This document shows positions 1 to 13,998 of a stretch of 64,000 nt of DNA, one piece after another. Numbering within the stretch: the first letter of the stretch is position 1; every line of letters starts with the position of its first letter. The notes beneath the pieces are model-generated. The model searched no databases and was not told the DNA's origin. It saw only the letters and a list, made by a program, of their open reading frames with translations. Source of the DNA: Vicugna vicugna (Eukaryota); NCBI GenBank assembly GCA_013265495.1, contig MU058337.1, positions 1,046,777-1,110,776 on the forward strand, given 5' to 3'. A program made the position numbers and the translations under genes.

Positions 1-240
1 AGAAGCAAGTTCTTCACGCCACGTCTCTCTTACCCACTGCATTCAGCCCCTCTCTCTGTGTAAGAGCTCGTGTGATTAGATTATTCTCACTTGGATGAAC
101 TACCGATTCCAAGGTCAGCTGATTAGCAGCCTTCATGCCGTCTGCGTCCTGAATTCCTTTTTGCCACGTTGCAAGATACTCGCCAATTCTGGGGATTGGG
201 ATGCGGACGTCTTTTGGGCTCCATCACTTTGCCGCCTGCA
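1..240 (-). mobile_element. MLT1 (ERVL-MaLR) LTR fragment
   Basis: aaggtcagctgattagcagcctt...cctttttgccacg...ggggattgggatgcggacgtcttttggg resembles the reverse complement of an MLT1 LTR 5' end. Confidence 0.7.
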
Positions 241-929
241 TCCCTGACGTACCAGGCATTGTGCGAGATGCTGGTGCTAGAAAGAGGACTAATAGAAGTA
301 GTTTCATAACCTGAGAAACACACAGTTTTTTATAACCTGAAAACACAGCAGAAGTAGACGAATTGAATTAATTAGATTGGCGACATTGCATGTAAAGTAT
401 TAAAATATTAGAGAAGGGGGAGGGAACTATTCACTCATCACCATAACGCCTCTGGATGTGAGTATAAGGGAGTGTTTTACTAACCAGGGATTCTTCTCCA
501 TTTTCATTTTTTTAAATGAAATAAATTTAAAAATTTTTCTATGTTAAAAAATGCTACTAAGAAAACATCAGTACACTTATTTCTGTAGACTTCTGATTCA
601 GTTCCTGAAACTCACTGACTTGGACTTAACAGGTAAAAGGGCGTGCAAAAGCTGTAGGCGCTTGATATTTATTGCCAAAAACTCAGAAAGTTTTTAACAG
701 CATAGATTCTCACCGCCAGTGCGCTCTGCTTCTCATTTCTCACTCCTGTGTGAGCACGGGGCATTATGACGAGGGCTTCTTGAGGTTTTAAGTAAAATCG
801 TACATGTCCTTATTTTTTTCAGCTCACTAAAATACTACTATTTGAACTCTTTTACATTGGTCTTTTTATTTCTTTTGTATTGCCTCTTATTAATTTAATA
901 CATAATCTTTTTTTATCTCTATTCCTTTA

Positions 930-980
930 TCTTTCTTTCTTCCCTCCTTCCCTCCTTCCTTCTTTCTTCCTTCCTTTCGT
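930..980. repeat. (TTCC/TTTC)n pyrimidine microsatellite
   Basis: ctttctttcttccctccttccctccttccttctttcttccttcc. Confidence 0.8.
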
Positions 981-3900
981 CTTCACCCCCTGCACACTTT
1001 CCTTTCCCTGCATCATTGTTTCTTATAGGAAACAGCATTGTTAAGGGGGCTGTTTAACTTACACGGAGCAGAAGGTTTGATGTATCAGGCGGAGGGGCCC
1101 GAGGAGCCCAACTGCCCAGCACATCAGTTTATCCTGCATTGCCTTGGAGAGATACACACTTCAAAACCTCGTTTTTATTATTCTTCATATCTTCTCAGTT
1201 TCATATTTTCTCAGTTTACTCTGTGTGTCTTTATTATATGTGTGTAGTCAGCAGAAAATCAGGTGATATCAAAAATGGAAAGAATCTGTGCTTTTGTTAT
1301 TATAAAAGAACAGATATTCGGTGTCTCCCAAGTAAGAGTCATGACTGGATGCTAAATTACCCCGCCCTGACTAACCCCCAAAAAGGATCATTCCCAGGGA
1401 CTGTGTCTCTCGCTTTAAATCCCTTCTCTGGCTCGTTGGCAGTCACTGGCAGGTTTCTCTGCACGGTGTTAACACTTGAAGGTCCTGGGTCTCTAGCGTC
1501 TGGTGTAAACCAGCGCTGTCGGCGGGAACAGCCGGGAAGCAACACAGAGAACTGATCCAAGGTGCCGCTGGGCGGCGCGAACCGGAACCGTTCATATGCC
1601 GCTGCCGGGTGCGTCCCCCTGTCAGACGGCCCGCCAGAATCTCACTCAGTGGAAACTACGTGTGACTCCAGAACGCAGCACTATTTTGAACGAAGAATGC
1701 ATTCTAATGAGCCGTTTCCTCTGCAAATGGACCTGCAGATCGGCCCCAAAGGCCTGCCTGCCTGCCTCAGTGTCACCGCTTCCCATGTTTTTGTAACCCC
1801 TTTTGAAAATTCTCGTACGTTTCCCCATTTTCATTTGAATGTCCTACTTCAGATGTTAAACCTGTTGAAGATAATTCAGCTTTGACAAGTAAAGATGCTT
1901 AATCATTCCAGTTAACATCCTGTTCGTTAACTTTTTTTATTGACACTTAAATATTGAGACTAATTTCCTTATCTCGTTTATTAATGATTCCAGAGTATCT
2001 GCTGTTCATTGGAGTCGGAGTACTACCAACTAAAATTTTGGCATTTGTTTTGAGTAAAAACATTTTGATGAAAGTCACAGCTTTCACATTTAATGTTTCA
2101 TAAACTGGTGATCAAATTAGGAAAATAATTTCCCCTAACTCATTGAAAAGAAAGCACGTTTTTGAAGTCCGTGTCTGTTTGTGAGGTGTTCACGTGCCTT
2201 GAAGCCATTACCGTGTGTCTGTGCAACACAGATGTGCACACAGACGCTGGGATAGCTTTGTATGCGTTCTGTGATTGCACAGCAAGTCTGTTTTCCTTTT
2301 TAGAAAGAAAAGTAGGAAATGTTGTTCGTACTCTAAATACACCCGTTGATGGATCAGAGCATTTGCAAACCTGTCTCTTCAATTACAAGTCTCGGTCTGA
2401 GATTCTGCAGCCACAGACTGATTTATACAGTTTCCTGTTTTTAAGAATATTTCCTTTGCAGAGTCATAGTTACCAAGGATCTCCAAATTAAAAAAAAAAC
2501 GACTGGGCAATCTATGAAACCATGACACTGATTTACTGTATGTGAGCCCACTGTGCCACTCCACAGAGAAAAGTAGCCCAAATAAATAGAAGTGGAACAT
2601 AACAGGTAATGTCCTTAACGAGGACCATGCAATTGTCTTCATGTGGCTCCCTGGGCAACGACGCTGAACTAGCTAGCGTTCCCCACGAAGTCACGGACAC
2701 ATCCCTGGAAGATCCAGTTTTTCACATCCTCCTGTAATGCAGATTCATAGAACACACTTAAACAAGTTTCTCTGAATTCATGAGATGCACTTCCTGAAAT
2801 CCCACAAACACGCTTCCCATCTGTGAGAGCAGCCCAAGCAGAAAACTGAAGGCATCTCCCACCAACGGCTGGTTCACAGGGCGGGAAGAGAAGGAGCCGT
2901 TTGCTCATCGCCTCCTCGGGTAACTTCTACCAGCCCCATTTGGCACAAGTCCTGGTACCTGGTACCTTATCAGCAGGGGAAGAGGGCTCTGTCCCACCGG
3001 GCTCCCCTGCCTTGAGCCCCGTGATGCTCTGACATTTTGTGCAGATGCAAACGGCTTCTCTCCAGTGCGCTGACTCCTCCTCCAGGAACCCATGTGGCTT
3101 TCCTCCACTCCATCCTGTGAAGTCTCCATCAAGGCCCCCCTAAAGGGAGTCATTAGGGATGGGCTGAAAAATTAAACGATATATTTGGTGAGCAGATATT
3201 TTCTTTGTTAACGTCTTTACTTTTCTATTTTCTTAGAATAAATTTTTCGTAACTAAAAATATCACTGTAACCCCTCTGGGGGAAATAATGATGTAAAATG
3301 CGCTAGTTAACAGCGGGTGTTGGTTCCGATGAGACTGCATTATCCCTGGCTGTAGAAGACTAGTCTTTGTTCTTTTAGTAAAATCCTAGAAAAATTTAGG
3401 ACCCATTGTTGAGGAAACTTTCTGCTTAGCTTAAGACATTTCAGGTGCCTGATTTAGTCCTCAGTTTAGCTTGTGGTCTTAAAGAATGAGTGAAGGCTTT
3501 GAAGAGCTTCTCTGCTGTTTCAACGTGGGCCTTATTTTAATTTCACTCGGTATGATTTTCAGTTTTTAGAGAAACCTGTAAGTGTGCACTTGGCTTTCCA
3601 CTCTGAGCGGCCATCCACAGCCAGGTACGGGTGTGAGCATCTGCATCCCTTTTCTTCCCGGCTGTGTACTTTTATTTCACTGTTAGCCTGCATCTGCATG
3701 CTAACATATCCAATTTACTCAAACATTCTCTTACAGCTCAGGGTACTAGTGCGTGACCCCTTGGTTCCTTCCCCTTCATTAAACAAATGCTTACTGTTCT
3801 TTTGGAGATCGGCAGCTGGCTCGGCGTCACAGTTTCAGGCGGAGTGGTTAGGTGTGGCAGTGATGCGGGCCTTACTCATCATGTGGATCTGATACTTCTG

Positions 3901-4689
3901 CCACTGCTCCTGTCAAAACAAAAACAAAAACAAAAAACTAATCTACTTTACATGTATACCCTAATTACTTAAAATTTGCCCTTACTTTAAAAAGATACTG
4001 TAAAAATTATCAATATAGAAATGCTCATGTCTCATTCTTTCTGCAGATGGTCACTATGATTTGGAAATGTTTTTTCGAGATTTCTGAGATTGAGCTCTTA
4101 TTTTTGTCTTGTTTCACCAGCCCAGCAAAAAACAATCCTAGAAAATTAGCAAAATCTCGGCAGGTCACTTATTTTATTTTTACCTTAAAAAAGGTAGATA
4201 CAATGTGGGTGCCTGTGCTAACTTTCTATTTTTTGTAAGTTATTTCTAAATAAATAGTAGGTTGTATTCACAATTAACCACTATTGTAATAAATATAAAA
4301 TGAAGGGATATTAAAGGTGAAACGCTAATTTCAAAAACTACTTTTTGCAATACTAAGGTTTTACATGATGGCAAGAAAAATGGTCTTGGTAATGAGTAAA
4401 CCACTGTATTTGTGTGTGACTTAAATGCGAATGTGGATGTGACTTCTAGTTCCAGCTGGCGAACCAAAACCAAATTCTTACTTCCCACCTGTCTCTAATT
4501 CTTATTGAAATTGAAGTAAAAATTGCAAGATGGGATACATCCATAGAAGCTCTAAAATCTAAAAAGTGGTACACAGTTAAAATGGAGAGTATTTTTTTTT
4601 TAATGTACAGAAGGGAAAAAGGCAGATGCAGGGCTTTGAATAGAGCCACAGTTTAGAACATTCTCCCTCCGTGTTCTCCCTTTTTGAAG

Positions 4690-4982
4690 CAGAGTGTCTA
4701 TAACTATTCGTCTAGGCCCACCCCACCATCCCATGTTGGGAGCAGATAACTTGCCTCTTGGTTTCACAGGTGGAGAGGAATCGCATCCCAGGAAGGATTG
4801 TACCCAGTCACATCCATACGTGATTCAGATCGTGAGATCTGAGGATTTGGGACTGATGGGTTTAGGGGGGATTTCTGCACTTTGAGTTGATGCTGTATTG
4901 GGTGTAGACTCAGGACCTTGGGATAGAGTGAAGATATTTTGCCTGTGACGTGGATGTAAATCCTTGGGGCCAGAGGGCGGAA
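4690..4982 (+). mobile_element. MLT1 internal-region 3' end with polypurine tract
   Basis: ttgagttgatgctgta...atattttgcctgtga...ggggccagagggcggaa lies immediately before the LTR TG. Confidence 0.65.
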
Positions 4983-5610
4983 TGTGTTAGACTGTGCTCC
5001 CCCAGAAAGATGCCCATGAACTGATGTCCAGAGCCTGTGAATGCATTAGATGGCAAAAGGGACTTTGTAGATGTGATTCAGGTTATGGAGTTGAGATGTG
5101 GAGATTATCCTAGATTACCTAGGTGGGTCCCTCTAATCACACGGGCACTGAAATGCACAGAAGGCAGACTCAGTTGGAAAGACACAATGTAAGATTCACT
5201 TAGGTGGGGCTGAAGGAGACGTCAGAGAGATTAGAATAATGAGAAAGACTTCACGTGCCATTGCTGGGCTTCCAAGATGGAGAAAGGTGAGCCACGGGAT
5301 GGGGAGGGCCTCTGGAAGCTGAGAACAAGCTCAGCCAATAGCATGCAAGGACATCAAAGCCAGGACCCCAGTCCTACAAGCACAGGGAACCACATTCTGC
5401 CCACAGACTGAATGAGCTTAGAAGTGAATTCTCCCCTAGAGGCTCCAGAAAGGAATTCAGCCCTGCCAGCATCTTGGTCCGGGCCTTGTGAACACTGAGC
5501 AGAGAAACCAGTCAACCCCCTAGACTGAGACCTACAGGACTGCGAGTGAGTAGAGCGTTGTTTGCAGCTACTAGGTTTGTGGTGATTTGCATCAACAGGA
5601 AACAAACACA
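4983..5610 (+). mobile_element. MLT1 LTR, full length (E-like subfamily)
   Basis: tg...ca termini; atggcaaaagggactttgtagatgtgatt, gagattatcctagattacc, ggctccagaaaggaattcagccctgcc, ends acaggaaacaaacaca. Confidence 0.85.
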
Positions 5611-5639
5611 GTCAGAATTTCCCCTGGCACTGGCCACTA

Positions 5640-8120
5640 GGGCACAATGAAGTAACGCCTCCAAAGTTGTAAGAAGAAAAAGATTGTGAATCTGGGGTTC
5701 TATCCCCAGGCAAAGTGTCGTTCAAACAGGAGAATGAAGTTCGTTTAAATTGAATATGGATACTCTTGAAAGTTTACTTTCTACATATCTCATCTGAAAA
5801 ATTGTTTGTAGTTCTAGTCGCGTAGAACAGGAGAGTGATACAAGAAAGACGGTCATGGAGGATTTCAGTGTCGCTGGTGGAGCAAAATAAATCATAAAGT
5901 ACTATCTGTGCATCAGAAGTAGCCCATTCACTCTAGAGCACTGAAGTTGGTCTGGTTATGAAACTGATTTAGCGGCATAGGGATGAGGGTGTAATATTTT
6001 TCTGATTATATGAAAAAATGAAAGACAACTGGAACTTCAGAGAAAATGCTCAAGAGGGTCATGAGCCACATATTAAGCTACTTAAATTAATCATGATTTT
6101 CATGAGTCGATAAAGTATAAAAAGTAATCCTCTATTTTGCCTGGTATTTAAAATCCTTTGAATGATATTACTGTAATGAAATGGAAGTAAATGAACCCCA
6201 AGCATTGTTTTCTTTCACTTTCACTTTTCAAAATTAACATACAGAATAAAAACATGTAGGAAAATGTAACCATAGTTTAGAACAAAAGCAATGGCTGGCC
6301 AAATTTGGAGACTGATGGGGTAGTGCACTCACTCAGCTTTTTTAGTTGAGGACAGCTAGATAGGATCTAAAATCACTGGATTGAGAAATAGACGTATGAA
6401 TAGAGTGTACAGAGTTAAGAAAGTAATTGCTCCTGATATAAAACAAACAAAAAAGCAAACCAAAACCCATCAAAGTCATACTAGACTCTGCACGCCTCCT
6501 CCCAACACCCTGCCAACGTCCTTATCTTAAGTCTCTTAAAACCCTGTTTCCAAACAGGGTCACCTTCTAAGGTACTAAGATTTAAGTCTTTAAGTTATAT
6601 TTTTGGGAGAGTTGATTCAACTTTTAACATACAGAAAATGAAATATGGAACCTAATAAAATATACTTTATATAAAAGAAGGAAGACAGGGCTTGAGAGGC
6701 AGAATGATAACATATATTTGAGAAGAGTTACTACAAAGGTAATGTTAGACAGCGTCTGATCTCAATCAGTTTCAAGAACATGGAGACCCTTTAAAACAAG
6801 AGAAGAGTGAAAAGGGAATCTGGCTGGGAAGCAGGCATACATAACAATACATCTGAATTAAAATATAAATATTGCAGAGCAACAAAAAATTGCGAATATA
6901 TTATACATGTCGAGTATCAACCATGCAGAGACTGGCATAAGCACAGTGGAGGGTAGGTGTGAAGAAAGCAGAGCTGAAGTGCAGGGTGCAGACCAGGACA
7001 GTAAACATGGTGAGAGGGAACGTGATAAATTGAAAACACAAAAGACACATGAAACTAAAGGAGAAAAAGACAATTAGAGAATGAATAGGAAAACTGTTTC
7101 CTGACCTCAGGAACACTCTTCTTGGCAGATTAAAGTGATTCTCCGCATTTTGGCAAAATTAAAGAAATTAGATCAAATTCCAAACATTCTTGAATTTTGA
7201 GAATGAAGGAAGTTCCTACAAGCTCCAAGGTGGAAAATACCCTATTTGACCAGGAAGGAGGACGCTGACTCCAGCGGTCTTCTTTCACGGAGGGTGAACT
7301 GACACGCACAGCTGTGCTCGCTCCCTGCGGAGCTCCCTCTGGGAGGGGCCGGTGACACTGACGTGGGCAACCAAAGCGAGCAGCAGTGTGTCATCAGAAC
7401 CCAGCCCCAGCCAGTCCCCTGTGGTATTGAACTGAGAGCAAAACAAGGAGGTCATGTACACCTTTGTCCAGGAAATAAGAGATTCTGAGATTATTCTGGT
7501 GGGAGCTTCTTGGTTTGGTTTTGCTTTTCTGCCTAAATTAGCTCCAGTAAGTTCCTATCAATTGCAACCAATTAATCTCTGAAGAAGGTAGATTTATATA
7601 ATATGTAAATATTATTAATAATTACTGGGAGGGAAGATGTAAAATGCTAATAATTTGACAATAAGTAAGTTTAAAACATGTGATTATAGCCAAAAAAAAA
7701 ATGATGAGGGAAAAGGAGTTGAAGGAAGTAAAATTTCATTAACTTCCTCATCAGTGATTCTGATAATTAGACAAATTGTTCAAGGGTGTGTGATATTTTT
7801 AAAAAGGTGAGATCTAGGAGAATTAATGACTGCACATATTTAACAAATGATGAAAAGATATGATTTAAATAGTTCACCTAGTAAATGTTAAAAAACAAAG
7901 GTACAGAAGCAGTTTAAACTGTTTGGAATGTTAGTAGATGGTGATGAAGGCGAGCCAAGCACTGTAGACCGGACAGTACGTGTAAATGGACTGAACTCTG
8001 CTTTCCAGTCACTGTGAAGCTCTCAGATGTAGAGCACAGCACAGAGAAAAGAGGTCAAGAAAATTAAAATAATGGACAGAGATGTATCGGGCGAAGGTGC
8101 TAAAGTGCGTAAGGATAACA
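5640..8120 (+). mobile_element. Ancient L1M remnant (ORF1 to start of ORF2), interrupted by small LTR fragments
   Basis: A-rich; ttctatccccaggcaaagtgtcgttcaa is ORF1 C-terminal-like; gtaaatggactgaactct (~7982) resembles the VNGLNS start of the ORF2 endonuclease; MLT1-like pieces at about 6520-6630 and 7300-7585. Confidence 0.5.
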
Positions 8121-8125
8121 TTGAG

Positions 8126-9899
8126 CCACTTTCTCTGCTCACTCATAGGAAGCAACGCTTCATCCTTTCAAGTTTTATCAGGAGATGCAGCAGTTCAGTC
8201 ACATCTTCAGGCTCCACTTCTAATTCTAGTTCTTTTGCTATTTCCACCACATCTGCAGTGACTTCCTCCTCTGAGGTCTTGAACTCCTTGGAGTCATCCA
8301 TGAGGGTTGGAATCAACTTCTTCCAGACTCCAGTTAATGTTGATACTTTGACCTCTTCCCGTGAATCAGGAATGTTCTTAATGGCATCTCTAGTGATGAA
8401 AGTTCTCAGTTAACTTCGCCCAGCTCCATCAGAGGACTCACTATCTATGGCAGTTACAGCTTTTACAAAATGCACTTTTTAAGAAATAAGATTTGCTGAA
8501 AGTTGAAATTCCTCCCTGATTCATGGGCTGCAGAATGGATGACGTTTTAGCCAAGAAACAGCATTAACCTCATTGTCTGTCTCCATCAGAGCTCTCAGGT
8601 GACCAAGTGCCCTGTCAGGGAGTAGTCATGTCTTGAAAGGAGTCTTTTTGTGAGCAGTGGGTCTCAACAGTTAGCTTAAAATATTCAGTAAGCTATGTTG
8701 TAGACAGATGTGCTGTCATCCAGGCTTTGTCGTTCCATTTATAGACCACAAGCCGAGTAGTTTAGCATAATTCTTAAGAATTTTGCAAATGGTCAGTGAG
8801 CATTGGCTTCAGTTTAAAGTCACCAACTGCATTAAACTCCAACAACAGAGTCAGCCTGTCCTTTGAAGCTTAAAGGCATTGACTTCTCTCTGGCTGTGAA
8901 AGTCTTAGTGGCATCTTCCTCCAGTATGAGGCTGTTTCATCTACACTGAAAATCTGTTGCTTAGTGTAACCAGCTCCATGGATGATCTGAGCTGCATCTT
9001 CTGGGGAACTCGCTGCAGCTTCTGCGTCCGCACTTCCTGCTTCACCCGCACTTTGGTGTCATGGAGATGGCGTCTTTCCTTAACTCTCGTGAAACAACCT
9101 CTGCTAGTTTCCAACTTTTCTTCTGCAGCTTCCTCCCTTCTCTCAGCCTCCACAGAAAGGAAGAGAGTTAGTTAGACCCCGCTCTGGATGAGGCTTTGGC
9201 TTGAGGGAATTTTGTGATGGTTTGAGCTTCTGTCCAGACCACTCTCTCCATCTCAGCAATTCGGCCATTTCACTTTCTTACCATTAGTGTGTTCACGGGA
9301 GGAGCACTTTTAATTTCCCTCAAGAACTTTTCCTTTGCTGTCACAACTTGGCTGTCTGGTGCAGGAGACTAGCTTCCTGCCTGTCTCAGCTCTCACCTGC
9401 CTCCCTCGCTGAGCTCAGTCACCTCTAGCTTTTGACTTACAGTGAGGGCTGTGTGACTCCTCCTTTCACCTGAGCACTTAGAAGCCATCGCAGGATTATC
9501 AGGTGGCCTGATGTCAATATCGTTGTGTCTCAGGGAAGAGGGAGGCCCGGGGAGAGGAAGAGAGACGGGAATGGCCAGGGGTGGCGCAGTCACAGCACAC
9601 ACAACATCTATCAGTTAACTCTGCCGTCTTACATGGGCACAGTTTGTGGGTCCCCAAAACAATTATGACAATAACATCAAAGATCACTGATCACAGATCA
9701 CGTCACAAATACAATAATGATGGAAAAATTTAAGAGATTGCGAGAATTACCAAAATGTGACACAGAGACAGGAAGTGAGCAAATGCTTTTGAAAAAAATG
9801 GCACAAAATTAGACTTGCTGGACACAGAGTCACCATCAACCTTCAATTTGTAAAAAACACACAGTCTCTGTGAACACAGTAAAGCAAGGTCTGCCTCTG
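8126..9899 (-). mobile_element. Tigger1 (TcMar-pogo) DNA transposon, 3'-truncated, with degraded transposase
   Basis: Minus-strand translations MASKCSGERRSHTALTVSQKLEVTELSEGG and MEAERREEAAEEKLETSRGCFTRVKERRHLH match the Tigger1 transposase (CENP-B-type HTH region); decayed TIR aaagcaaggtctgcctctg followed by TA at 9900. Confidence 0.92.
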
Positions 9900-10699
9900 T
9901 ATGTGTGTGTGTTCAAAAAAGTTGAGAAAACAAATTGGAACTGTTTCTTCTTTTTTTTTCATCCTAACAAAGCCAGATTTGGGGTCATTTCCCCCCTCTG
10001 TTTTACTTCACTCTTTTCTAAACTTTTGCATTCAGATCAACATTGTAAAGTATATTACTAGTTCAAGTATTTGAAAAATTAGTCTCATATCTCTGGACCT
10101 AAAGCTGGTAAATGTAAATTACTGAGCTAATGAAGGATTATGTTTAAATAATCTGTTTATTTTCAAGATTTCCTTAGAATATTTGGCTTTCCTGTACTTA
10201 GAGATTATTTTTACTGACTATACTAGAATAATTGTTTTGAGCTGTGAGAAATAAAATTTCCCTGTGCGTGGCTTAGACTAATTGAAAGCAGAATGCGAAT
10301 TTGAACTAGATATTTTTTAAAGCCCTTCTTAATAATTAATTCTCACTCTACTATTTATCCCAGCTTATAAGGAGTATAATTAATATTATGTAAGATTTTG
10401 CTGTCTTCCAGGCACCATTCTAGTCAGTTTATGTGTATTGTTTTGTCCTCAAAAAGCTAGAAAACACCTAGAAAAATGAATGCTAAAGCAGCAGAGGGAA
10501 AACAAAGAGTCAACCACATCTACATCCAGAGTCTCTCCAGACACAGGAACTGGCATCATGAAATACTTCAGAGGAGGTGACAGCATTAGCGACATTAGGG
10601 GCCACTGGGTGGAGTCTGTTTCTGAAGCAGGCCGGTCTTCCTCGCCCGTGCCTCTTTCTCCAGAAAAGCGTTGGCATGTGTCTTTGTGGGAGGGGATCT

Positions 10700-11940
10700 A
10701 TGTTTTGAAGAGGATTGGAGACAGTTGTTGGACTGGGTGACAGACTTCCGGAGGGCTTCCCTCCTGGAAAGTAAGAGCCAAACAAACAAACAAACAAAAG
10801 TGACCCAGAGAAAACAGAACACATGCAAGGAGGAAACAGAACAAGCAAAAGTGCTGTAAAAATCTCAGAGCAGGAAAAGAATATATTGCAATTACGAAAT
10901 GAGAACAGTCGCTTCAAGAAAAATTCAGGATATAGAAAATAGCTCTTGGAAATTAAAATGTGATTTAAAAAAAGAAAGAAGAAGAAAGAGCAAACGATGA
11001 CGTGATGAGTAGGGAGATGAGATAAGGACATTAAAGGACAAGTCCCAGCGGTTCAGCAACTGAGTATGGGAGTGATGCTCAAATCAATCTGAAGGATGCA
11101 AAGTTCTAAACCAGAATCGCATACTCAGCCACACAACCAATTAAAGGTGAGGGAGTGTAAACGCATTTGTGGGCACACAGCTTCTCAGAAATTTGCCCCC
11201 AAGAGATTTTTCCTTATGAGAATTCTGGATGCTTGGTCCACCAAAATGAGCAAGGAGGCAGAGGGCACAGGGAATAGAAAATCCAGAGGAGAGAGGCAGC
11301 CAGTGTCCCCAGGAGGAAGGCTCATTGGAATTTTCAGGCTGGAATCTGTGCACCAGGCATCAAAGCACCCAGTCCAGATGGTAAAAGACTCCAGGAGACA
11401 TTTCTTGAGGACGATAAGCTGATAGAATGCCTGATTCAACTGAAACAGCTGGCAAAGTACTGACTGTTGAGTTAAAAAGTAGATAGGAGACTGTCAGATA
11501 ATTATTAGCTCTAGGAAAAACAAGAGTGGAATGGGAATGGAAAATGAAAGTTTGCTTCATGTCTGAGTTGAGGATTGTTTTTACAACATCCTAATAAAGG
11601 AACACTGAGTATTACACTTACTAACGTAGTGGAATGTGTTGGGTGGGGAGATGCATATGGGCTGGAGAAAGAGCAGAATGAATGTGTTATTCTCACATGT
11701 CCTGGGGGGGAATCTACAGAAATGATTAAAAAAAATGAAAATCAAGAAAAGCGTAAACCAGGTGATTGACAGGCTGGAACTAATACAGAAGCAAATAACC
11801 AAAGGACAGTATTTGCCTCTGAAAAGGAAGGATTTAGGATGAAGGAGGTGGGGGAATTTTTTGTTGTTGTTAAATATCTTGCCGAATTATTTCACTGTTA
11901 ATATGCATGTATAACTGAATAAAAATTCTTATTAAAAAGA
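10700..11940 (+). mobile_element. Ancient L1M/HAL1-like remnant
   Basis: A-rich ORF1-like sequence ending in atatgcatgtataactgaataaaaa. Confidence 0.45.
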
Positions 11941-12479
11941 TGGACAAGAGAAAAAGAGAGTATTAGATTGTTTAGTCAGAAAGAAGAGTACATTTATTGG
12001 TCTGAATGAATTGCCTTATTTTTTCTGAAATGACTTTAGTTATAAATCAGCAGGCTGGCTTCTGAGCAGCTTTGGAAGAGCTTCTTACGTGGATGACATT
12101 GCTAAACATATCCTGACTATTAACATTCCAAAATGTTGATCTGAATGACCTTTAGATTTCTATGGTTATAATCTTAACTATAAACTCTCTTCTTTGTAGA
12201 ATATGACTTTGGAAAATGTATACTTCAATAAGTGATTAGTCTACCAGTGAGGTATCATATTTGAAAAAAAGAAAATATCGTACAATAAAGATGTCAGAGC
12301 TGCAGATCTCATTAATTCAGTTTTCTTTCCGTATTCTACCTAGGCGAAGGTGAAGTTTACCTTTGAATGCCTAAGAAGAAATGAATATTGTAAGCATCAT
12401 TATAAGGATATCTTGGTCATTTTTTAAAAGAAACTGAAGATTGCAGTGTATTTTATTTAATTCTTTTTTATTAAATAAA

Positions 12480-13570
12480 TATATGTTGAATTTATTCATG
12501 TAACAAATCTCACTAAGTATCTATTTTGTTCAGGCTTTCAGCTACATATTGGGACACAAAGCTCAAACTATATAGTTCCTGCTCTTAAGATGACACATAA
12601 GTAAGGAAATTGACATGCAATTGAGCAATTGTGATTAAAAGAAAACATGATCATTGCTCTACTGAAGAATTAGGCAAAATGCACTAGTAGCCCAGGAGTG
12701 TGAATATAAGCTTCACACAGGGAATTCCATGTGAGCCAAACTTGAAGGAGAAATGAAAGTTGGATCTATGAATTGAAGGAGAAAATTCCAGAAAGAAAAA
12801 GCAGCTTGGGCTGTGCTACAGATGTGGGTGAAGCATCACGTGTTCTGAGAACAGTCAGTAGCTCAGGATGTCTGGAGCCCTGAGCTGTGAGTCTGAAGAG
12901 AGAGGAAAGGAGGCTGTAGGTTTCACGATGTAGGTGGAGTCAACGAGACATGATTAATAGCAATGATAATTGACAGTAGTTAATGTTTCAAGTTATATCT
13001 CTGTGCCAGGCACTGAGCCAAGCACTTTACATACAAAATCGGATTTAATCCTTACAACTACTCTATTGTCATTTTTAAGTTTTTCAAGCTTGAGAGTAAC
13101 ACATCTACAATATAGCAAGAAACGAGGTTGGAAAGATTATAGTTAGTTCTACATAGCCAGTTTTAGTCTTTTTCTCCACTTTGAAAGTTTCCAAAATACC
13201 CATTTATCAATTTAAAAATGTGAACAGTGTGTATTTTTAGAGGAAGAAGGGAAAAGAGAGGGGAGAAAGAGAAGAGATTCCATGAAGAGAGAAGGAAAAA
13301 AAGGGAGGGAGAATAAGAGCGAGAGAGTGAGCTGGACCAACCCTGACTGAAAGGCGATGCTGGAAGATCGGAAGCAGAGGACAGAGCAGAGACTCCTTCA
13401 GCAGTCCAGGCAAAAGCCACTAAAGGCTGCACTTCAGGCAGACACCAACAGCAAATGGAAGAATAAGGGTGATATTTATAGAAGGAAATAGTCACCTGTT
13501 GGATGTGTAGATGATTACGCTCCTTAACCGAGAAAGGGAGATGTAAGGGATGGTGACGTTTGGGAGAGGA
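12480..13570 (-). mobile_element. L2 fragments with an embedded MIR (~12960-13140)
   Basis: tttattcatgtaacaaat...actaagtatctatt resembles an L2 3' end; tgtgccaggcactgagccaagcactttaca...tttaatccttacaac resembles MIR; cagcagtccaggcaaaag resembles L2 body. Confidence 0.55.
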
Positions 13571-13998
13571 ATTGATTGGGAACACGGTTCCTAGAGCTCT
13601 GGTATTATGACCGGTTGGTTGTTTCTTGGACGAAATATGCCAAATACGCTAAAGCATAACTGATGCGTTGCATTAATTAACCCCATTCCTGTTAAAGAAA
13701 AAAAATGGTGGTTGAATGTCCTTGGTCACCAAGTTGATTCAGAACCTCGGGTTCTGATTTTAAAGTAATGAAATCTTTTACTGTGTATTCACCACAACCC
13801 AGAACTTTCATGGCGTGACCACCAAGAGTACAAAAAGAACACAGTGAGAAACCGAAAGTACTGGTCTGGGAGCACGATGGACTGTTTACCCAGATTGTAT
13901 TGACTTGACTTCCCTTCACAAAACTGTGAGATTTTGTGGATCAGGTGTTAAAATGACAGCTGTACCCTCCGCGCCCCCCTGCAGGTCTTCCCTTCCTT

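Noticed and set aside
294..357. Short imperfect tandem duplication (a similar one lies at 63547-63589)
   Set aside because: Ordinary slippage-scale duplications with no sign of function
8126..9899. Possible domesticated TIGD-like gene
   Set aside because: The transposase is broken by frameshifts and stops and is truncated
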